Notes: generated by a model from the sequence alone, not told the origin. Positions 51,739 through 63,372 are shown, counted from the stretch's first letter. The stretch is DNA of 64,000 nucleotides from an uncultured delta proteobacterium (GCA_963804165.1 CAWDPO010000030.1:64001-128000); one strand, 5' to 3'. A program made the numbers and translations.

Positions 51739-52008
51739 ATGAACGTTTATAATAGGGCTGAAAGCATGGCAAACCAAATAAAAGGTTCGTGTTCATACCG
51801 TGGCCACGCGATAGATTTTGCGACCGAGGAACACGACGGTCTCTGGGAAACCGCGGGTAGGTTTCAATCGCGTAAGGGAAGCTTGGGCATCACGGTCTAC
51901 AACGATGGGATAAAAGGTTTTAGTTCCAAAGAACAGGCCGAAGATGCCACCATCAGTTGGGTGAAACAATGGATCGATGAAAATCTCCCAGAGTCCCCAC
52001 GACCCTGA
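51739..52008 (+). CDS. Hypothetical protein
   Basis: YRGHAI...FSSKEQAEDATISWVKQWID. Confidence 0.5.
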   Translation: MNVYNRAESMANQIKGSCSYRGHAIDFATEEHDGLWETAGRFQSRKGSLGITVYNDGIKGFSSKEQAEDATISWVKQWIDENLPESPRP

Positions 52009-52040
52009 AATGCCGCCGTATTACACGCAATCACCAATAA

Positions 52041-52247
52041 TCACCGCCGCTGCCTAACGGCTTTGCTATCGGCCGCATGCTTCGCTGGTCTTTTTAGCAG
52101 GACAGTATCGCTTTGCGCCACGTACGCCACGGCTTCCCATTCCTCGCGACCGAGATCGTTCAAAATCTGCTCATGCTTTTTCCGCTGGTGCGGTTCTGTG
52201 GCATCAACAAGCAATCCGAGCGCAACTATTTTGTATTCCCATTGCAT
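52041..52247 (-). CDS. DUF4177-like small protein
   Basis: MQWEYKIV...ILNDLGREEWEAV...LLKRP. Confidence 0.7.
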   Translation of the reverse strand: MQWEYKIVALGLLVDATEPHQRKKHEQILNDLGREEWEAVAYVAQSDTVLLKRPAKHAADSKAVRQRR

Positions 52248-52578
52248 ATAACCGCCTATTTCTCGGGCGTGCGCAGCTACGGCTCAATCTGCCAATCTAT
52301 AGGTGCTGGTTCTTTCCATCCCACCACACCTGTAACGCCGGCGTATTGCAAGCTATCCTCCCTCTCGATCACCGGTGCTGCCGGATCGTGTTTCACTGAC
52401 TACCGGAAAAAGCTCTCGCTGATTCCAAGCTGAGCAGCCGCACTCCTGAGTAGTGCAAATCATAGTCAGCGTATGCTGCTGCCATTCCAATAATCTTGTC
52501 TGATCCGGCTGAAATATACAGTGACAGATTGTTCCTGAGCGGGGGAGTCGTGGGCCGTTGGAAACCAGAAGGGAAAAA

Positions 52579-52626
52579 TGTGGCCAGGGACGGAGTCGAA
52601 CCGCCGACACGAGGATTTTCAGTCCT
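52579..52626 (-). other. 3' half of tRNA-Phe(GAA), att-site remnant
   Basis: Minus strand AGGACTGAAAATCCTCGTGTCGGCGGTTCGACTCCGTCCCTGGCCACA gives anticodon arm, T arm and acceptor strand. There is no D arm. Confidence 0.88.
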
Positions 52627-52769
52627 GCGATGGTACCGGGACTATGTGTCACCATTGGTCGTCAACTGAATGAATCCAAGCGTCTGAAGCCGGTATGGTC
52701 GTGCTCCATTCTCCGATAGAGACACATTGAAACAAATAGTTCTGGCAAAGTTGTGACAAAGTAAGTCGA

Positions 52770-53150
52770 TTACCCATCAACTTTAGCGATTAATCGTTCT
52801 ACTTCCCCGAGAAATTCCTTCAGGTTGAGCGGCTTGGTCTGGTAGCCGTCGAATCCTTCCGCCAACATCGTTTGTCTGTTGTGTGTCATCGCCGATGCCG
52901 TGATGGCGACTATCGGTATGCGGTTAGTTTTCGGCGCAGCCTTGAGCTGCTTCATCGCCGTTATGCCGTCCATACCAAGGAGCTGGATGTCCATCAGGAT
53001 CAGAGCGGGAGTTTTTTCCTCTGCGAGCTTTAGTCCATCCTCGGCGGTCTCGGTGTCGATAGTTTGATAGCCCTTGACCTGAAGTAAGTCACGAATGAGC
53101 TTACGATTTTTCTCATTGTCCTCAATGATCAGTATTAGTTCGTTGGCCAT
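52770..53150 (-). CDS. Single-domain response regulator (DivK-like)
   Basis: ILIIEDN...LILMDIQL.GMDG...IVAITA...GFDGYQTKP. Confidence 0.92.
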   Translation of the reverse strand: MANELILIIEDNEKNRKLIRDLLQVKGYQTIDTETAEDGLKLAEEKTPALILMDIQLLGMDGITAMKQLKAAPKTNRIPIVAITASAMTHNRQTMLAEGFDGYQTKPLNLKEFLGEVERLIAKVDG

Positions 53151-56100
53151 CAAATTTCTCTTGGTTGAGCGGCAAAGTAAACGTGAATGTACTGCCTTTG
53201 CCAACTGCGCTTTCGACCCAAATCTTCCCGCCATGCAACTCGACAAACTTTCGAGTGAGCGTTAACCCGAGTCCCGTCCCTTCGCGCTTTTTGGAATAAT
53301 CGGTACCGACCTGACGAAACTCTTCAAAGATCGTCTCCTGGTTTTCGGGGGCGATGCCGAAGCCCGTGTCGCTCACCGATATCTCCACCGCTCCATTGGT
53401 CAGCGTGGCATCGACGTCGATACGTCCACCTTCCGCGGTAAACTTGACTGCATTCGATAGAAGATTCAAAAGAATTTGCTTGAACTTTCGCTCGTCGCCG
53501 AGGACCTCACCCAGCCGCTCGTCTACGCTATGCTCTAGCCGAATACCATGGCGAGTCGCCCGTTCTCGTATGAGAATCAACGCGTTGTCGATCGCAGTTG
53601 CGATGTCGAACTTCGTCAGATCCAATTCCATCCGCCCCGCTTCGACTTTGGACAGATCCAGAATATCATTGATCAGTGAAAGAAGATGGCGACCCGAGGA
53701 GACGATATCGTCCATATATTCGTTCTGCTTGTCGTTCAGTTCGCCGAACATCTTCTCTGAGAGAACCTCGGAGAACCCAATGATTGCGGTCAATGGCGTG
53801 CGCAGCTCGTGGGACATATTGGCAAGAAATTCTGATTTATGCCGGTTGGCCGTCTCGATCTGTCGGCTCTTATCCTCAATTTCACGGAACAACCGTGCGT
53901 TTTGGATAGCCAGGGCGGACTGGGTCGCAAAGGTTTGCATGAGATTCACGACTTCGGTTGAGAAGTTGCCCGCTTCCTTGCGCCAGACCGTTAACGCACC
54001 CATGATTCGCTCCTCGCGCAGCAGCGGAACTGCCAGAACAGAGCGATAGCCGAGACGTGCAAGCATGGGCCGCACCCGAGTACCCGTATATTCTCGCTCC
54101 TCTAAAATGTCCGGCACTTGAACTGGCGCACGAACCGTCGCCATTTGGCCCGTCGCGCCCTGCCCCGGACGGAGCGGTGTCCCCTGGAGCGCCTGAACTA
54201 TCTCTTCCTCCATGCGGAAACTTGTCCTGAGGTGAAACTCTTGCGCAGCTTCGTCGAACTCGTAAATAACGCCGCCACTGGTTCCGGAGAGCTGCACCGC
54301 ATGTCCAACGATGGCGCTAAGCACAGTTTGGAGATCGAGTGTAGAGCTGACGGCTTGGCCTACGTCTCCCAAAGCTTTGAGTTCGCCAACCGATCGCGCT
54401 AGATCCTTTGTTCGTTCCTCCAGTTCCTTAAACAGCCGCACGTTCTCGATGGCGATGACGGCCTGGTCGGCGAAAGTTTTAAGAAGGGCGATTTGCTTTT
54501 CGGAAAACGGACGGACCTCGGTACGGCGAATAAAAATAGCCCCAATCGGAATACCTTCGCGCAGCAATGGTGTGGCAAGCACAGTGCGGGCACCAGTAGC
54601 TGGTTGTATACTCTTCGATTCTGGGAACTCGATTTCAAGCTCTGCGGCAAGATCATGGACGTGGATCGTTTGCCGGTCAACGATGGCTCGGCCAATGGGG
54701 TTGCTGCGACTGATCGCGGAAGAGGCGGCTGGGACGGGTATTGATCCATATCTTGCCACGTGTCGAAGAACGTCACCCTCGACGCGAACAATCTGGGCAT
54801 CATTCGCGTCGCACAGCCGGGCCGCATTCTCCGCGACGACATCCATCACCGGTTGTAGATCGGTCGGCGAACTGGCGATGACTTCTAAAATCTTTCTGGT
54901 CGCGGTTTGCTGCTCCAGGGCCTCGGTGAGATCGCGGTTGCGCGTCTGTAGTTCCTGGAGCAAGCGCGTGTTCTCGATTGCGATTACCGCTTGATCCGCG
55001 AAGGTCGTCACTAAGTCGATCTGCTTGTCTGTGAACGGCCGCGCGTCCGAGCGATTGAGCGTGATGACGCCCAGCAGATCGTCTCCCCGGAGCATCGGGA
55101 CGCCCAGCACTGACCGATAGGTTGCACTTGCCAGGCAGCATAGGTGTACTCCGAATCCGCCAGGATGTCGGGTATGTGGATAGTCTGTCGCTCGAGCGCC
55201 GCCCTCGCGGTGACACTGTCACGTCCAGGAACGATCGGGTTTTGCGCCACGAAGTCTCGTAGCTCCGCGGAAGCGTTGTAGGCGACCGCCAGGTTTAACT
55301 GCCCTTCCTCAAACCGGAGGAGAAATGCCTGCTCCGCTCCGCATAGCGTCGCCGCATTCTCAGCGAGCGTTTCCAGTACGGGTTGTAGGTCGAACGCAGA
55401 GCGACTAATGACCTTGAGCACCTCACTAGTGGCTGTTTGCTGCTCGAGAGCTTCGGTGAGATCACGGTTGCGCGCATCGAGCTCCTTGAACAGCCGCACG
55501 TTCTCGATGGCGATCACGGCTTGGTCAGCGAAGGTTTTGAGAAGAGAGATATGTTTCTCCGCGAAGGGACGGACCTCCGTGCGGCGAATCGAAATAGCGC
55601 CGATAGGGACATCCTCACGCAGTAGCGGCGTGAGCAGCATCGTTCGAGTACCACTGTCGCGCTGAAGTGCTCTCGCCTCCGGAAACTCCGTCTCAATTTC
55701 TGCCGCGACATCATGAATGTGGATCGTCTTTCGGTCGATAATGGTTCGTCCGACCGGCAAGCCGCGACTCAACGGCCGATAGTAATTCTGAAGGGCTGGT
55801 ACAGGCCCACAATGCGCTACCGGCTGAGCGTGGTCCGATTCCACGCGATAGATGATAGCGTCTTTCGCATCACATAACGTTGCAGCATTCCGGGCAACGA
55901 CATCCAATACGGGTTGAACATCGGTCGGCGAGCTGGCGATGACACCCAAGATCTCACTCGTCGCGGTCTGCTGCTCCAATGACTCCTTGAGCTCGTTGAA
56001 CAGTCGCACGTTCTCGATGGCAATGACCGCCTGATCGGCGAAGGTTTCGAGCAGCTTGATCTGCGCCGGCGTGAAGGGGCGCACCTCAATCCGACGTGCC

Positions 56101-59100
56101 GTCAGTGTTCCAATAATTTCCCCCTGCTGACGAAGGGGAACGATTAACAAGCTAAGTGCGATGGTACCGAGCGTTGGGAAATCATTCCTCTGCGCACGGA
56201 CATCGGGAACGTGGAGCGTGCCGTGCTCGCACATCCAGCGAAACTGTGGCGTATCAGTATTGAGCGCTTCACGGCCAATGGGTATGGGTATGGGACCAAA
56301 ATGAGCCCGCGCAACCATCTTGTTGTCCTCGCGGAGCCGGAGCACCACGTCATCAATTCCACAAACTCGGGCGGCGCTCTCCACGATAGCGTCGAGTACC
56401 GGCTGCACGTCCGTGGGTGAGCGGCTGATGATGCCGAGCACCTCGGACGTTGCCGTCTGATGCTCCAGCGCTTCGCGCAACTCCGCGTTACGCTCCTGGA
56501 ATTCTTGGAACAGCCGCACGTTCTCGATGGCGATCACCGCCTGGGAGGCGAACGTTTCGAGCAGCTTGATCTGTTTCTCCGTGAACGGTCGCACCTCCAA
56601 TCGGCGGATCATAATTGCGCCAATGGAAAGACCCTCGCGAAGCAGTGGCGTAGCCAAAATTGTGCGGGAACCAGTAATCTGGTGACGGGGTTTAGACTCC
56701 GGATACTCGGTTTCAAATTCCGCTGCTATGTCCTCGACATGGATCGTTGTTCGGTCGAGCATAGCTCTGCCTGCCGGTGTCCCTCTCGTGTCAGGAAACA
56801 CCTCTCCTAGCTGCATGCTCATTGGCAATGATCCATATGCGCGCCACAGCGCGAGTAATGTCTCCATCACGGCGAAAGATCACTGCATCCATCGCATCGC
56901 ACAGTCGGGCGGCGCTCGCTGCGACTGCATCTAGCACTGGTTGAATGTCAGTCGGCGAACTCGCGATTACACCAAGAATTTCGCTCGTCGCCGTTTGCTG
57001 CTCCAGTGATTCCTTCAACTCGTTGGAACAACCGTACATTCTCAATCGCAATAACCGCCTGATCGGCGAAGGTTTCCAACAGCTTGATCTGCGCCGGGGT
57101 GAAGGGGCGTACTTCGATGCGGCGTACGATTAACGCACCGATGAATTGCTTTTGCTGTGTAAGAGGGACGCCCAAGAAAGTGCGCCAGTCACTGACCGAA
57201 CCCACTGTTGGTATAATGTTCTGCTCGCGGCGGTCGGGAATATGCAGCGTGCCATGCTCGCGCATCCAGCGAAACCGTGGTTCATCATTACTCATTCCGG
57301 CGCGACCAATGGCTATGGGGCCAAAATGAGCCCGCACAGTCATAGTGTTTCCTTCCTGAAGTCGCAGCGCCACGTCATCGATCCCACAGACCCGCGCCGC
57401 GCTCTCGACAATCTCGTTTAGCACCGGCTGCACATCAGTGGGCGAGCGGCTAATGATACCAAGCACTTCGGATGTTGCCGTCTGATGCTCCAGCGCCTCG
57501 CGTAGTTCCGCGTTGCGCTCCTGGAGTTCCTTGAAAAGCCGCACGTTCTCGATCGCGATGACGGATTGGGAGGCGAAGGTTTCGAGAAGTTTGATCTGCT
57601 TGTCCGAGAACGGGCGCACTTCGGTGCGCGCGAATCATGATAGTCCCAATGGGGGTTCCCTCGCGCAGCAAGGGGGTGGCCAGTACGGTGCGATGTCCCG
57701 TACGTCTCGTGAAAGCTCAAACCTTCTGGAAACTCGGCTTCAGCCTCTGCCGCCATATCGTGAAGGTGGATCGTTCGTCGGTCGACCACGGCGCGACCAT
57801 TCACCGATCCGCGGCTGACAAGAAGACTGCTCTTCACTGCCCGCCCAGAAAATCGGCCCATAATGCGCGGCTCGGTCAAGCACGTTAGCGTTAACGCGGA
57901 AGATAACAGCATCGTTTGCGCCACACACACGGGCAGCGTTCTCCGCGACTACGTCCAGCACCGGCTGAATATCCGTCGGCGAGCTGGCGATCACGCCCAG
58001 TATCTCGCTCGTCGCCGTCTGCTGCTCCAAGGATTCTTTGAGTTCTTGAAACAGCCGCACATTCTCGATTGCGATCACCGCCTGGTCCGCGAAGATCTTT
58101 AGAAGAGCGATTTGCTTTTCGGTAAACGGACGAACTTCTGTGCGACGAACTCCAATGCACCCGATGGCCACACCTTCTCTCAGCAACGGTGTGTTAAGTA
58201 CGGTTCGAACACCAGTGATTTGCTGGGGAATCCTAGAATCGGGATATTCGGTGCCGACCTCCGCTATATCGTGGATGTGAATGGTTTCGCGGTCGATGAT
58301 GGCGCGGCCAGGAGGAAAGTCTCGACTTAACGGCAGAAAACTAGCGGTGGGTATCGGCCCGTACTTTGCCAGTATCCGAAGGTGGTTACCTTCGGGCTGA
58401 ACTATCACGCCGTCGATCGCATCACACAGCTTGGCAGCATTCTCCGCAACCACGTCAAGCACCGGTTGTAAGTCCGTCGGAGACCTGGCAATCACGCCCA
58501 AAATTTCACTTGTAGCGGTTTGTTGTTCCAGAGACTCTTTCAGCTCTTGGAAAATCCGGACGTTCTCAATGGCGATCACAGCCTGATCGGCGAAGGTTTT
58601 TACCAGTTCGATCTGTTGCTGAGTAAAACCTTCGACCAAATTACGCCAAATTGTGATGGCTCCAATTGGGGTTTCCTCTCGCAGGAGGGGCACCCCTAAA
58701 AGCGTTCGTGCCCCCCTCTGAACTGCTAGATGGAAAGAAACTGGATCCGCCTGGGCATCAAGCACATGGATTGGTTTTTTCTCGAAAAAAACGCGGCCGC
58801 CAAACATGTTCTCCGGGGTCACCCGAATAGGTCTACTTTGAAGAAGGGCGATCTGTTCAGAAGTCTCACCATAGTGAGCGACCACTCGCAAATATTCCCC
58901 ATCGTACCTACGTAAATGACCTTGAGTCGCTCCTGCTAGCCTGACGGCATTTGCAATCACAGTGTCCAGCACCGGCTGAATGTCTACCGGCGAGCTTGCG
59001 ATCACGCGTAGGATATCGCTCGTCGCAGTCTTCTGCTCCAAGTCTTCGGAGCGCTGGCGCTTACAATCCTGAAGCTCTCTGCCCAATTCGGCGAGTTGCC

Positions 59101-59203
59101 GGCGTAGCTCTGCAATGGTCTGCGCTTCTTTGGCCAGGGGTGTTTTCGCGGCAGCACTGCGTGCTTTGGTTTTTTTGTTCTTGGAACTTTCTTTGGTCGC
59201 CAT
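53122..59203 (-). CDS. Large soluble histidine kinase with about 10 GAF domains, split by frameshifts
   Basis: Ten AI(E/Q)N(V/T/A)R(L/I) GAF ends, then FLANMSHELRTPL, NLLSNAVKF, DTGFGI and GTGLGL. Confidence 0.88.
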
Positions 59204-59539
59204 AAAACAAAAACGACCGAGTGGGAATGTTGGTCGCGGGAGAAACTGGAGATAGGGGTACGCTCTGGCAGCAGGCTTCCCCAGCGGCTGAGCTGACTTT
59301 TACTTCAGGTGGTCGGTGGCGTCAACCGAGAACTGAACGCACATTCAGCGAAGGTTTGCTCGATTGGCGTTGCAGTCGACCGTAATATCGCGGAGTTGAT
59401 TGATACGAGGATTGCCAATTCTTGTGTCGTCAACCGCGAAAAAAATCTTTCCATACCGGCGAATATTTCCGAGAACAAAAGACTGTGAGAGCCAATCGGA
59501 AGGACTGGAAGCCGGATCGTCGGAACCGGAAATCTTTAT

Positions 59540-59704
59540 CGCCCAGTTCCGACGCCCGGCCCAGGGACAATCACCCGTTCCTTTTGAAACCCGCCACGCC
59601 GGGAGAACGGCTCTTTGCCCCGAAATGTCTGTAGCACCGGCAGCGTCCACAACCCGTAGGGTTTGGCGGGTGGGATCACTATGCGTTCAATTTGGTGATG
59701 TCAA
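59540..59704 (-). ncRNA. Unknown promoter plus structured RNA-like element, copy 1
   Basis: Direct repeat of 62293-62473. Begins with TTGACA-N17-TAGTGA on the minus strand and has several stems. Confidence 0.45.
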
Positions 59705-59849
59705 TTCGTCACAAAATGAAGAAATGTTCTTGTGTTGACAGACTTACATGAAGTGATATTGGTCGCTGCATAGACGGTCTCCCTCCAGCAGTGGTACAGC
59801 TCTTCCTCGAAGTGAATTGAACAGAAGTTCCAGCCGCGAGGAGAAAACG

Positions 59850-60731
59850 ATGAAAACTCTGCGACGTTTAGTAATCGTACTTTCGTGTCTTACAGTAGCG
59901 TTCACGACTAGCTTCGCACAGGAAAAGTTTTTCGATTCCAATGGGGTGCGCATTCGATATGTCGAACAGGGCAATGGAGATGCAATCCTCTTGATTCACA
60001 ATTTCGGGAATAGCCTCGACCGCTGGATTGCTTTGGGCGTACTGCCGAATCTCGCTCGGGATTACAGAGTTATTGCCTTTGACGTGCGCGGCCATGGAAA
60101 GAGCGGGAAACCGCAAGACGCGAATGGCTATGGAAAGGAGATAAGTCTAGATGCTGTTCGTCTGTTGGATCACCTCGGGATCCAAAAGGTGCACATGATC
60201 GGATACTCGATGGGGGCCCGCCTTACAGCGCAACTTTTGACAACTCACTCCGAGCGCTTTATCACCGCTACGCTCGGAGGCCACGCAGGCGTATTTCGCT
60301 GGACCCGCGAAGATACTGAACGCATTGAGCAGGAGGCATCTGAGATAGAACGCGAGTGTGTGAGCCGGACTCAGCTTTACCGTAATGCTCCCAAGCTGGA
60401 CGAGGAGGAGATAAAAAAGCGGTCAACGGCCTGTATGGCCGACCCCAACAAAGACCGATTCGCACTGGCGGGAGTTAGACGCTCCCGTAAGAATTGGGTC
60501 ATCACGCCCGCACAGGTTGCAGCCGTGAAAGTACCGACCCTCGCGGTTGTTGGAAGTCTCGATGGATCGCTCAAGGATTTTTACGATCTGAAGAAACTAC
60601 GGCCGGATGTGAAGCTGGTTATCTTAGATGGTGCCACGCATGTTGGAGATCGTGGGGTGGAACGTCGGCCCGAATTCGTCGGGGCCATTCGGGAGTTCAT
60701 TGCCTCCAATCGAGCGGCGTTGTCGCGGTGA
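59850..60731 (+). CDS. Secreted alpha/beta hydrolase
   Basis: Signal peptide, FDVRGHGKSGKP, GYSMGA nucleophile elbow, VVGSLD and GATH. Confidence 0.92.
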   Translation: MKTLRRLVIVLSCLTVAFTTSFAQEKFFDSNGVRIRYVEQGNGDAILLIHNFGNSLDRWIALGVLPNLARDYRVIAFDVRGHGKSGKPQDANGYGKEISLDAVRLLDHLGIQKVHMIGYSMGARLTAQLLTTHSERFITATLGGHAGVFRWTREDTERIEQEASEIERECVSRTQLYRNAPKLDEEEIKKRSTACMADPNKDRFALAGVRRSRKNWVITPAQVAAVKVPTLAVVGSLDGSLKDFYDLKKLRPDVKLVILDGATHVGDRGVERRPEFVGAIREFIASNRAALSR

Positions 60732-60735
60732 ATGA

Positions 60736-61428
60736 ATGAAGCAGATAGTTGCTATGGGTGGCGCGGGGTTTCTGATGGAGGATACTCCGCTGCTCGATGA
60801 TTTCATCCTGTCGCGCGCCAAGGGGAAGGAGTCCAGACTCTGCTTCCTTGCGACTGCCAGCGGCGACAGTGATCGAATGTTGGTCAACTTCTACACAGCA
60901 CTTGGTGCTCGTTGCAGCGCGAGTCACCTTGCCCTTTTCCGCCGGACGCATGCGGACATCGCAGGTTATCTTCTCAAGCAGGATATCGTGTATGTCGGCG
61001 GCGGTAATACCGCCAACATGCTGGCAGTCTGGCGAACTCACGGTGTTGACAAGGCGCTAGCGCGTGCCTACGAGCACGGTGTCGTCCTGTGTGGCGTCAG
61101 TGCAGGAGCGCTCTGTTGGTTCGACTGTGGCGTTACTGATTCATTTGGACATCTTGCGCCGCTGCACGGACTCTTGGGATTGCTGCCTGGGAGTTTCTGC
61201 CCGCACTACAATGGAGACGCGGGAAGACGTCCGACCTATCACCGCCTCATACGGGAAGGAATGAAGGCAGGCTTCGCGGCTGATGTGGGTGCTGCCCTGT
61301 ACTTTGCGAATGGAACGCTGGCTGAGGTCGTGACTTCAGCTCCCAATGCTGCCGCGTACAGGGTCGAATGTCGCGAAGACATAACACATGAAGAGCAGTT
61401 GGCAACGCGATATCTCGGAAACCGCTGA
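60736..61428 (+). CDS. Peptidase E (S51 family)
   Basis: FLATASGD...YVGGGNTANML...GVSAGA...FCPHY. Confidence 0.92.
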   Translation: MKQIVAMGGAGFLMEDTPLLDDFILSRAKGKESRLCFLATASGDSDRMLVNFYTALGARCSASHLALFRRTHADIAGYLLKQDIVYVGGGNTANMLAVWRTHGVDKALARAYEHGVVLCGVSAGALCWFDCGVTDSFGHLAPLHGLLGLLPGSFCPHYNGDAGRRPTYHRLIREGMKAGFAADVGAALYFANGTLAEVVTSAPNAAAYRVECREDITHEEQLATRYLGNR

Positions 61429-61563
61429 AAACGCCTACGGCTTTTTCGATTTCTGGCACGGCCTCCGAGATCGGCAGCGATGAAAATGGTTCGAACTGTC
61501 GACAGGAGGATTGCCAATTCTCGTGCCGCAGCGATTGATTTGTAGCAAGTCGACGAGCACCCC

Positions 61564-62275
61564 GTGATTACGGTCGCCGGTAAACCACGTCCGCCAATTC
61601 CTGTCTGCGCTTTTTGTGGCAAGTCACAGCTAAGACTAGAGACCACATTCCACCTAAAGGAATCTTCCCGAGGCCGAGGCCACAGTTGATCACTGTTCCG
61701 GCTTGCTGCACGGTGTAACAGAGGCACATCGAAAATCGAAGAAGCTTTCAGAGTGTATCTGTCACTCCGTGTCGGCATCAACAATGATGCAACGGCGAAG
61801 CTTTGGAACGATGAAGCAATGCGGACACTTAGGCACAATCCCCGGCTCCGTAATAGAATCCTGCGATCCACGCGAACTATCAGCGCGCGGAGCCCAGCCG
61901 GGCTTATCTTGGCCGAAAGACAGGGCGGAGCATGGCCACCTGAACTTCACGATCCCATTGTCGAAAAAACAATTCGCGGACTCTATTTTTATCACTACGG
62001 CGAGATCCTAGGCGACAGAGTGCAAATCAAGGTTCAATGGTTACGGACGACGGAAGATGTGGAAAATTGGTCAAGGCACGTCGATCCATCCGTGGAGCAA
62101 TTGTGGACGGAAACTTCCGGGCGTCGGCAATGTCGGCACAGGATATTTCCGATATCGCTATGCCACGGCTCTTGAAAATCCATTACACTCTGCGTGGTTG
62201 TTCGACTTCTACGGGGCACATTTCGCCAGCGGGTATACATCACCAATCGACATGCTGAAATCTGACAGCAATTGA
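61564..62275 (+). pseudogene. HNH endonuclease-like protein, frameshifted
   Basis: Across frames: CAFCG...TRDHIPPKGIFPRPRPQLITVPAC..CNRG. Confidence 0.6.
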
Positions 62276-62292
62276 AAGCCAGTGCGTCAGAA

Positions 62293-62473
62293 CGCCCAGT
62301 TCCGACGCCCGGCCCAGGGACAATCACCCGTTCTTTTTGCAACCCGCCACGCCGGGAGAACGGCTCTTTGCCCGAAATGTCTGTAGCACCGGCAGCGGTC
62401 CACAACCCCAGCACCATGGGTGCTGCTGAGTTTGGTGGGTGGGACCACTATTCGTTCAATTTAATGATGTCAA
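62293..62473 (-). ncRNA. Unknown promoter plus structured RNA-like element, copy 2
   Basis: Near-identical to 59540-59704 but with a longer first hairpin. Confidence 0.45.
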
Positions 62474-62889
62474 CTTCGCGGCAAGAACGAACACTCAGTA
62501 GGACACGTCGACGCGCAGCAAAACCAACGAGAAAGATCTCCCTCTGTGCACCACCCCGGCGATCCTCGGAACTTGATTTCGAGTCTGCCAGCTTAAGCTC
62601 TGAACCACCATTCACCGGCAACAACCAACAGAAAATCAGCGCCTCTCTCCCCTCTTCTTTGTCCGTAATTGTTCCTGTTTGTCGATACAACAAGCACAAA
62701 ATACGCACAGCGTATCGGCAATCAGCTTGTAGGCGGCCTTTGCCGATATTAATATCGAAAAAAGACAGATCCGTAATACTCGCTAGTTGGGCAGACGAAA
62801 AGGACGCGCATGCCGGATACCAGTGGAGGCAATCAGGAAGGACCGACCTTATGCGCGTTCCTCCGGGACTCGGCCAAAAGGAGGAAACG

Positions 62890-63276
62890 ATGAATCAACA
62901 GTACTTCTATCGACTTGAGGATGCCCTTCATGGTCTCTCGACTGACCCAGCGACTGCCGCGGACCCAATCAAGCGAACATTCTTGTTTGACGGACAGCAC
63001 GTCTCGTGCAACGTGAACATTCTCGAAAAGAGCGAAGATGTCATCCACATTCAGCCAAACCACGATGAGATCGTGCTAGTACTAGAAGGAAAGTGCGGTT
63101 TCAGGGTCGGTGATGAGACCAGGCGCGTTGCGACGGGGGATTTGATGTTCATCCCGCGTAATACGGTGCATGGGCCAATTATCGACAGTGGGCGGGTTGC
63201 ACTGCTGTCGCTTTTTGCACCATTCTTCGATCGCACGAAGAAGAACATCCAGTGGTCGCGCGATGCGTTTGCATAG
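62890..63276 (+). CDS. Cupin domain protein
   Basis: RBS AGGAGG, then HIQPNHDEIVLVLEG...GDLMFIPRNTVHG. Confidence 0.88.
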   Translation: MNQQYFYRLEDALHGLSTDPATAADPIKRTFLFDGQHVSCNVNILEKSEDVIHIQPNHDEIVLVLEGKCGFRVGDETRRVATGDLMFIPRNTVHGPIIDSGRVALLSLFAPFFDRTKKNIQWSRDAFA

Positions 63277-63372
63277 CCACCGAACTCCCGCTTGCACACG
63301 GAGGTCGAAGCGTCACTCCAACTTCGTGTTCCGTGATTAGCTCCGCGAGCTTCTGTCCATCGACGACTGCCA

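Noticed and set aside
52579-52626. Functional tRNA-Phe gene
   Set aside because: The 5' acceptor strand and D arm are absent, so it is treated as an att remnant.
59540-59704. C4 antisense RNA identity for the duplicated element
   Set aside because: Only a loose GCCGGGCGT resemblance. The rest of the C4 pattern could not be matched by eye.
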